NCBI GenBank assembly: GCA_965219385.1
Contig: CBDCNM010000002.1
Coordinates: 1,792,936-1,856,935, forward strand
Source of the DNA: Candidatus Latescibacterota bacterium
GTDB lineage: Bacteria > Latescibacterota > UBA2968 > UBA8231
Length of the DNA: 64,000 bases
Direction of reading: 5' to 3'
Shown: in pieces, positions 58,184-64,000 of the stretch
How positions within the stretch are numbered: position 1 is the stretch's first letter
How the letters are laid out: the number at the start of each line of letters is the position of its first letter
Notes under the pieces: model-generated
Told to the model about the DNA's origin: nothing
What the model saw: only the letters and a program-made list of their open reading frames with translations
Databases searched by the model: none
Program-made: the position numbers and the translations under genes

Positions 58184-60535
58184 ATGTCGGACGACGTTGG
58201 ATTTCTTTCGGATCTCCTGTCTCGACCATGGTCGTCGAATGGGAAGGATGGCCTGCGGCCGGCGGGTCTGTTTGTCGGCAAGGGGGCGCATGCGGTCGAG
58301 GTCGCCGTTGCCAAGACGTCCCATGCACCGGCCCGCGCGACCTTGGTGGCAAGCTGGAAGGCGCGAAAAGGGCAGCGGGCGGCACCGGTGCTCCTGGTTG
58401 TCCTGCGTTTGGGGAAAGCGGCACTGTGCGGTGCATCGGGAGAGTCGCCGCCGGTCTATACGGACCTGGATGTGGGACAGGTCGAACGCCTTTGCCGCGA
58501 GGTGCTCGCTCAGCCTGACCGGCACGCGGCGCTTCGGCTTCTGTCCCAAGCCCTGCCGTCGCTGGAAACGGCGCTACCCGGTCTCAACAATGAGGGGTTG
58601 CTCGCGCTTCACGAACTGGAGCGGGGCGTACCGGGGCGACCGGACTGGGCCAAGGCGAGACGCAAGGCAGCAGGGGTGCTGAGCAAGCGCGACGGCGAAC
58701 TCTTGAGTGGACTGGGTTTCTCCGTCGAGCCTCTCGACAACCTGACCAGCCTCTTGCGCAGCGGCGAGCGCCGCACCGCCCTCGCGGTCATGCTGCGCGA
58801 AAGCGAGTCGGCGGAGGCTGGGTCTGCCCGTTTCAACAGCCTGTCGCCGATCAGCTACGCGCTCAAGAAGGCCGACGATGAGAACCTTCCCTGGGTCGTT
58901 CTGACACAGGGTAGCCGGCTTCGCCTCTATGCGACCGATGTCGATGCCGGGGTGGGCCGGCGCGGGCGCACCGAGACCTATATCGAGTGCCAGCCTTCGC
59001 TGCTTGCCGAAGAGCATACACCCTATCTCTGGCTGCTCTACTCCGCCGAAGCCCTGGCGCCGGACGGCAGCTTACGGCAGGTCATAGAGGGATCGCAGCG
59101 TTTTGCCGGCGACCTCGCCGAGCGCTTGCGGGAACGGATTTACGACCATGTGGTCCCCGAACTCGCGCGGGGTATTGCCGAGGCGCGCGGCATCGATCAA
59201 CCGCGGCCCCAGGACCTCGCCCGCACCTACGAAATGGCGCTGACCGTCCTGTTCCGGCTGCTGTTCATCGCCTATGCAGAGGATCGCGATCTCCTGCCCT
59301 ACCGGTTCAACGACGCCTACCGGCGCCGCTCCTTGAAGCAGAAGGCGCAGGAACTGGCGGCTGCTGTCGCCAAAGAAACGCCGGTCGCCGAAGGAAATGC
59401 TCACTGGCAAGAGACCGCGCTGCTGTGGCAGGCGGTGGCCCTGGGCAATGCCGGATGGGGTGTTCCTGCCTACGACGGCGGTCTATTCGAAAGCGATGAT
59501 GCGGTGTCGCAGGCGGGCGCTGAATTGGCCGCCATCACCCTGCCGAACGAATGCTTCGAGACAGCGCTCCGCCACCTCCTGGTTATCGAGACCCCGGAAG
59601 GGGTGCCCGGGCCTGTCGATTTCCGTTCGCTTGGGGTGCGCGAGTTCGGCACCATCTACGAGGGCCTGCTGGAATCGGAGCTGGCGGTGGCCGAGTCCGA
59701 CCTTGTCCTCAAGAAGCAGAAGGGGGAACTCGTGTACGCGCCGGCGCGGAAGGGAGAGGACCCAAGCGTACATGCCGGCGAGACGTATCTGCACAACCGG
59801 TCCGGCGCGCGCAAGTCGTCGGGCAGCTACTATACCAAGCCGTTCGCGGTAGAACACCTGTTGAATGGCGCACTGGAGCCGGCCCTGCGCGACCACTTCG
59901 AGCGCCTCGACGACCTCGATGATACGGACGCCGCCGGGGCCTTCTTCGACTTCCGGGTGGCCGATATCGCCATGGGTTCCGGCCATTTCCTCATAGGAGC
60001 TATCGACCACATCGAAAAACGCATGGCCGACTATCTGACGGCGCGGAATCTGCCGGGCGTGCGCCGGGAACTGGCGAATCTTCGCGCCGCCGCCTCGGAG
60101 GAATTGGGAGATCTTGGGGAGAACACCACGATTGAGGACGGCCAGCTGTTGCGCCGCCTGATCGCCCGGCGCTGCATTTACGGTGTCGATCTCAACGACC
60201 TGTCGGTTCAGCTCGCCCGTCTTGCGGTCTGGATTCACACCTTCGTGCCCGGCCTGCCGCTCTCCTTTCTGGATCACAATCTGGTTCACGGCAACTCCCT
60301 GGTCGGCGTCGGCTCCCTCGACGAGATCAAGGAGGAATTCGAGAAACGCTCCCTACCGCTCTTTCCCGTTGATGCACAGAGCCTGCTCGGCCAGGCGGCT
60401 GCCCCGCTGAGGAGACTCGCCAATATCAACGATGCGTTATCAACGATGCGTCCTTGCAGGACATCGCGGCTGCCCGCGAGGCAGCGCGAGAGGCCCGCGA
60501 GGCGATCCGGAGCACCGAAGCGCTCTGCGATCTGA
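58184..60535 (+). CDS. Type IIG/Eco57I-like restriction-modification enzyme, N-terminal fragment (frameshifted)
   Basis: WVVLTQGSRLRLY, RLLFIAYAEDR, GTIYEGLLE, RKSSGSYYT, motif I DIAMGSGHFL and IYGVDLN. The frame is lost after the 14-bp duplication at 60424-60451. Confidence 0.88.
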   Translation: MSDDVGFLSDLLSRPWSSNGKDGLRPAGLFVGKGAHAVEVAVAKTSHAPARATLVASWKARKGQRAAPVLLVVLRLGKAALCGASGESPPVYTDLDVGQVERLCREVLAQPDRHAALRLLSQALPSLETALPGLNNEGLLALHELERGVPGRPDWAKARRKAAGVLSKRDGELLSGLGFSVEPLDNLTSLLRSGERRTALAVMLRESESAEAGSARFNSLSPISYALKKADDENLPWVVLTQGSRLRLYATDVDAGVGRRGRTETYIECQPSLLAEEHTPYLWLLYSAEALAPDGSLRQVIEGSQRFAGDLAERLRERIYDHVVPELARGIAEARGIDQPRPQDLARTYEMALTVLFRLLFIAYAEDRDLLPYRFNDAYRRRSLKQKAQELAAAVAKETPVAEGNAHWQETALLWQAVALGNAGWGVPAYDGGLFESDDAVSQAGAELAAITLPNECFETALRHLLVIETPEGVPGPVDFRSLGVREFGTIYEGLLESELAVAESDLVLKKQKGELVYAPARKGEDPSVHAGETYLHNRSGARKSSGSYYTKPFAVEHLLNGALEPALRDHFERLDDLDDTDAAGAFFDFRVADIAMGSGHFLIGAIDHIEKRMADYLTARNLPGVRRELANLRAAASEELGDLGENTTIEDGQLLRRLIARRCIYGVDLNDLSVQLARLAVWIHTFVPGLPLSFLDHNLVHGNSLVGVGSLDEIKEEFEKRSLPLFPVDAQSLLGQAAAPLRRLANINDALSTMRPCRTSRLPARQRERPARRSGAPKRSAI
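60424..60451 (+). repeat. Exact 14-bp tandem duplication causing the frameshift
   Basis: TATCAACGATGCGT twice. Confidence 0.95.
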
Positions 60536-62238
60536 TCGCGGCCCAGCCGATCTCCGAGGACCTGAAGGTGACCCAATTCCCCTTTGAGGATTGGGAACGG
60601 CTTGCGGATAAGGCGGATGAATCGGAGGCGGTACAGGTCGCGCGGCAGGATCTGGGCAGCCTCCAGGCGCTTCACTTCCCGGTTACCTTCCCGGAGGTGT
60701 TTCTCCGCGAACGGCCGGGATTCGACCTGATCATCGGCAACCCGCCGTGGCAGGAAACAAAAGCAGAAGAAAGGTCCTTTTGGACCCGCCATTTCCCAGG
60801 CTTGCGTTCCCTACCACAACGCCAGCAGGAATCGGAAAAGGAGCGGCTGAGGCAAGAGCGCCCTGATCTGTTTTTGATTTATATGGAGGAGTTGTCGGAG
60901 TCTGAAAGAATGCGCTTGGCGCTGGTGGGCGGTGCTTTTCCCGGCATGGGAACGGGTGACCCCGATCTTTACAAGGCGTTCTGCTGGCGGTTCTGGCGGC
61001 TTACCGGTCAGGACGTCGGACGTATTGGCGTCGTATTGCCTCGCAGTGCGCTCGCCGCCAAGGGTTCGACCGATTTCCGGCAGACGATATTCGACGATGC
61101 GGAACGGGTGGATGTGACGATGTTGGTCAACAATCGCCGTTGGGTGTTCCCGGAAGTGCATCCTCAATATTCCATCGGTCTCGTATGCGTGAAGCAGGGT
61201 ACGCCGGAAGAAGAGTCGATCTATTTGCGAGGTCCCTACGCGACGCGGCCCAGTTTCGATGCGGGGATTGTCAAGGAACCGGCGGCGTTCTACAACGCAG
61301 ATGTCCGCGCATGGAACGACAGCGCCTCGCTGCCGTTGCTGCCGAACGAGGAATCGGTCGAAGTATTCGCGCAACTCCGCAAGGCGCCCCGGCTCGACTT
61401 GAACTCGGCCAGGCAGTGGCGGGCGCGACCGGATGCTGAACTTCACGCCACCGCTCAAAAGAACCTGATGGATCTCGCAAGCGAAGAGTGCCCCGACGGG
61501 TTCTGGCCGGTCTACAAGGGGGAGTCCTTCGATTTGTGGACCCCGGATACCGGCACCTACTATGCCTGGGCGGACCCGGAACCGGCGCTCAAGTGGATTC
61601 AGTCCAAGCGTCTGAAGGCGGGAAAGAGCAGCCGCGATAGCGCCCACGGGGAGTTCTTGCCTCAGCATTTGCGGAACCCCAAGACCCTGCCGTGCTTCGC
61701 GCCGAGGGTAGCGTTCCGGGACGTGACAAATCGCACTAATCAGCGAACAGTCATAGCATGCCTCGTGCCACCTGAGGTGTTCATCACTAACAAGGGGCCG
61801 TACTTTCTCTGGCCACGCGGCGAGGAGAAAGACCAAGCGTTCTTGCTCGGTGCTTTGTCCTCCATACCGCTCGATTGGTATGCCAGGCGTTTCGTCGAAA
61901 TCAACCTCAACTTTTTCATTCTCAACCCTTTTCCAATTCCACGTCCCGCCCGGGACAGCGCACTTTGGCAGCGTGCGGTACAACTTGCCGGTCGTCTTGC
62001 CTGCCCCGACAAGCGTTTTTCGGTCTGGGCGGAAGCGGTAGGTGTCGAGTGCGGTCCCCTTGCCGCCGATGAGAAGGAGGACATGATCCACGAACTCGAT
62101 GCCGTGGTCGCCCATCTCTACGGCCTGAGCGAGTCTCAGGTCGTCCATATCTTCCAGACCTTTCACGAAGGCTGGGACTATCAGGAGCGCCTCGACGGCG
62201 TACGCCGCCACTTCCGGGCCTGGAGGAGTCGTCGATGA
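60454..62238 (+). CDS. Type IIG/Eco57I-like restriction-modification enzyme, C-terminal fragment (catalytic motif and target recognition region)
   Basis: FPEVF...GFDLIIGNPPW (amino-MTase motif IV), DLYKAF, RDVTNRTNQRT and ELDAVVAHLYGL. Confidence 0.88.
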   Translation: MQDIAAAREAAREAREAIRSTEALCDLIAAQPISEDLKVTQFPFEDWERLADKADESEAVQVARQDLGSLQALHFPVTFPEVFLRERPGFDLIIGNPPWQETKAEERSFWTRHFPGLRSLPQRQQESEKERLRQERPDLFLIYMEELSESERMRLALVGGAFPGMGTGDPDLYKAFCWRFWRLTGQDVGRIGVVLPRSALAAKGSTDFRQTIFDDAERVDVTMLVNNRRWVFPEVHPQYSIGLVCVKQGTPEEESIYLRGPYATRPSFDAGIVKEPAAFYNADVRAWNDSASLPLLPNEESVEVFAQLRKAPRLDLNSARQWRARPDAELHATAQKNLMDLASEECPDGFWPVYKGESFDLWTPDTGTYYAWADPEPALKWIQSKRLKAGKSSRDSAHGEFLPQHLRNPKTLPCFAPRVAFRDVTNRTNQRTVIACLVPPEVFITNKGPYFLWPRGEEKDQAFLLGALSSIPLDWYARRFVEINLNFFILNPFPIPRPARDSALWQRAVQLAGRLACPDKRFSVWAEAVGVECGPLAADEKEDMIHELDAVVAHLYGLSESQVVHIFQTFHEGWDYQERLDGVRRHFRAWRSRR

Positions 62239-63383
62239 CTCTGTATGTCGATGTGAAACCGGAGCTCTTGCGCTGGGCGCGCGAGCGGGCGGGTATCGAC
62301 TCGGACGCGTTGGTGAAGCGTTTTCCCAAGTACCGCGAGTGGGAGAGCGGGGAAAAACAGCCAACGTTCAAGCAGCTTGAGAAACTTGCCAAAGTCACCC
62401 ACGCGCCAATCGGCTCCTTTTTCCTTTCGGAGCCGCTGCACGAACCGGTCCCGATACCTGACTTGCGTACTGTGGACAATCAGTTTGTCGAACGGCCCAG
62501 CGTCGACCTCCTCGACACCGTGTATCTCTGCCAGCAACGCCAGGACTGGTACCGGGACTTTGCCCGCATGGAAGGTGAGGATCCGCTGCCGTTCGTCGGC
62601 TCGGCTACACCCGCGAGCGATGTCGAGTCCACCGCAACGAGGATAAGAGCGGCGCTTGGTTTCGATCTCGAGGAACGCCGCACACTGCGCACCTGGACCG
62701 GGGCGCTGCGGCGCTTCGTCGAGCGGGCCGATGCTCTCGGCGTGCTGGTGATGACGAGCGGCATCGTCGGCAACAACACCCGCCGCAAGCTCGACCCGGA
62801 CGAGTTCCGCGGCTTTGCCCTCGCCGACGATCTCGCGCCGCTCATCTTCATCAACGGCGCCGATACCAAGGCCGCGCAGATGTTCACGCTGGCCCACGAA
62901 CTGGCGCACATCTGGCTCGGCGAATCGGCACTCTCCGACATTGAGCCGGTCTCGGTTCCATCTCATGAGGTAGAGGTCTGGTGCAACTGCGTCGCCGCCG
63001 AGCTTCTCGTGCCCCTGGAGATGCTGCGCGAGGTCTATCGAGAGAGCGAGGATCCCACCGGCGAGCTCGACCGCTTGGCCCGCCATTTCAAGGTGAGCAC
63101 GCTGGTCGTACTGCGCCGGATATCCGACATCGGCGCCCTCGACCGGGATACGCTCGCCTTTGCCTACCGCCGCGAGCTGGATCGCTTACGGTCCATGCCG
63201 ACGGCAGGCGGCGGCAGCTTCCATCCAACGCTCAAGGCGCGTGTCGGCCGAAGATTCGGCTACGCACTCGTGACCAGCACGCTGGGGGGCCGGACTTCGT
63301 TCTCCGAGTCCTTCCGTCTCCTCGGCATCAAGAATACATCGACGTTGCGGGAGTTCGCGGCGAGCTTGGAAGTGAGGTCGTAG
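62235..63383 (+). CDS. XRE-HTH plus ImmA/IrrE Zn-metallopeptidase
   Basis: LRWARERAG...WESGEKQPTFKQL HTH; FTLAHELAH (HExxH); EVWCNCVAAELL. Confidence 0.92.
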   Translation: MTLYVDVKPELLRWARERAGIDSDALVKRFPKYREWESGEKQPTFKQLEKLAKVTHAPIGSFFLSEPLHEPVPIPDLRTVDNQFVERPSVDLLDTVYLCQQRQDWYRDFARMEGEDPLPFVGSATPASDVESTATRIRAALGFDLEERRTLRTWTGALRRFVERADALGVLVMTSGIVGNNTRRKLDPDEFRGFALADDLAPLIFINGADTKAAQMFTLAHELAHIWLGESALSDIEPVSVPSHEVEVWCNCVAAELLVPLEMLREVYRESEDPTGELDRLARHFKVSTLVVLRRISDIGALDRDTLAFAYRRELDRLRSMPTAGGGSFHPTLKARVGRRFGYALVTSTLGGRTSFSESFRLLGIKNTSTLREFAASLEVRS

Positions 63384-63878
63384 ATGGCGTATCTCCTCGA
63401 CGCCGACGTTTTCATCCGCGCCAAGAACCTTCACTACGGCTTCGACTTCTGTCCCGGTTTCTGGGACTGGCTGATTCAGGCCAACGCGCAGGGGCGCGTT
63501 TTCAGCATTGAGAAAGTCGGTGACGAAATCAAGGCAGGAGACGACGAACTGGCCGATTGGGGGAACGAACGCGGGGACGGCTTCTTTCTCGCGCCTACAC
63601 CCGAGGTGCTTGGAGCCCTCGGAACAGTCAGCGATTGGGCGAACAGCCAGGATTACCAGGCCACCGCCATCGACACATTCCTTCAGGTCGCTGACTACTA
63701 CTTGATTGCCCACGCACTTGCCGGCGGCTATGAGGTGGTTACCCACGAGATCCCATCCTCCTCCAGGAAAAGGATCAAGATTCCCAACGTCTGTATCGGT
63801 CTGTCTGTCAAGTGTCTGACACCCTTTGAAATGCTGCGCCAAGAACAGGTACGCTTTGTCCTGGGGGCCACTCCATGA
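63384..63878 (+). CDS. DUF4411 family PIN-like protein
   Basis: YLLDADVFI, FWDWL, ADYYLIAHA, VVTHE and KIPNVC. Confidence 0.88.
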   Translation: MAYLLDADVFIRAKNLHYGFDFCPGFWDWLIQANAQGRVFSIEKVGDEIKAGDDELADWGNERGDGFFLAPTPEVLGALGTVSDWANSQDYQATAIDTFLQVADYYLIAHALAGGYEVVTHEIPSSSRKRIKIPNVCIGLSVKCLTPFEMLRQEQVRFVLGATP

Positions 63879-64000
63879 ACCGAGAACCCTCCTTCATCGA
63901 CAACCGTGAGGGCAACACCCTGGCACGGGCCCTGGGTACTCTACTGGATGTCGGGCCGGGAGCCGCAATGGGGGCATTCACGGAGAAACCCGATCAGGTC
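63875..64000 (+). CDS. Start of the next island gene (partial), possibly a PLD-like/SNF2 helicase
   Basis: ATGA overlap with DUF4411; MNREPSFIDNREGNTLARAL... is open to the window end. The product guess rests only on the IDN-x-GNT start and context. Confidence 0.55.
   Translation, partial: MNREPSFIDNREGNTLARALGTLLDVGPGAAMGAFTEKPDQV

Overview
This is the replication-origin region of a GC-rich bacterial chromosome. The FlgD-Ig/sorting-tail protease and the gene content suggest an FCB-group lineage such as Latescibacterota (inference only). From left to right the window contains: recF (partial)-dnaN-[oriC]-dnaA; rpmH-rnpA-yidD-yidC-mnmE-[2 parS]-rsmG-[second DnaA-box pair]; a CDP-alcohol phosphatidyltransferase, tmk and an S41 protease; RNase E/G with a long structured leader; rplU-rpmA; frdABCD-sucCD; a CPBP protease, a dihaem cytochrome c, glycosyltransferases and an M6 protease; an XRE regulator; a ccm operon with a CxxxY-type CcmE; an M24 peptidase, HtrA, a sigma54 activator and a TPR protein; ispE-tRNA-Gln-rplY-pth-hppA-rpsF-DUF2232-rplI; and the start of a defence-like island. 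The main observations beyond routine annotation are: (1) a candidate ~210-300 nt structured minus-strand RNA with exposed anti-Shine-Dalgarno motifs, its own promoter and terminator, divergent from an XRE regulator across three ACAC-N6-GTGT palindromes; (2) a type IIG-like restriction-modification gene split by an exact 14-bp tandem duplication, followed by an HTH-Zn-peptidase/DUF4411 pair; (3) an oriC with a Bacillus-type unwinding module; (4) two related MITE-like elements; and (5) repeated short exact tandem duplications. All calls come from manual reading of the sequence; no searches or folding programs were run.
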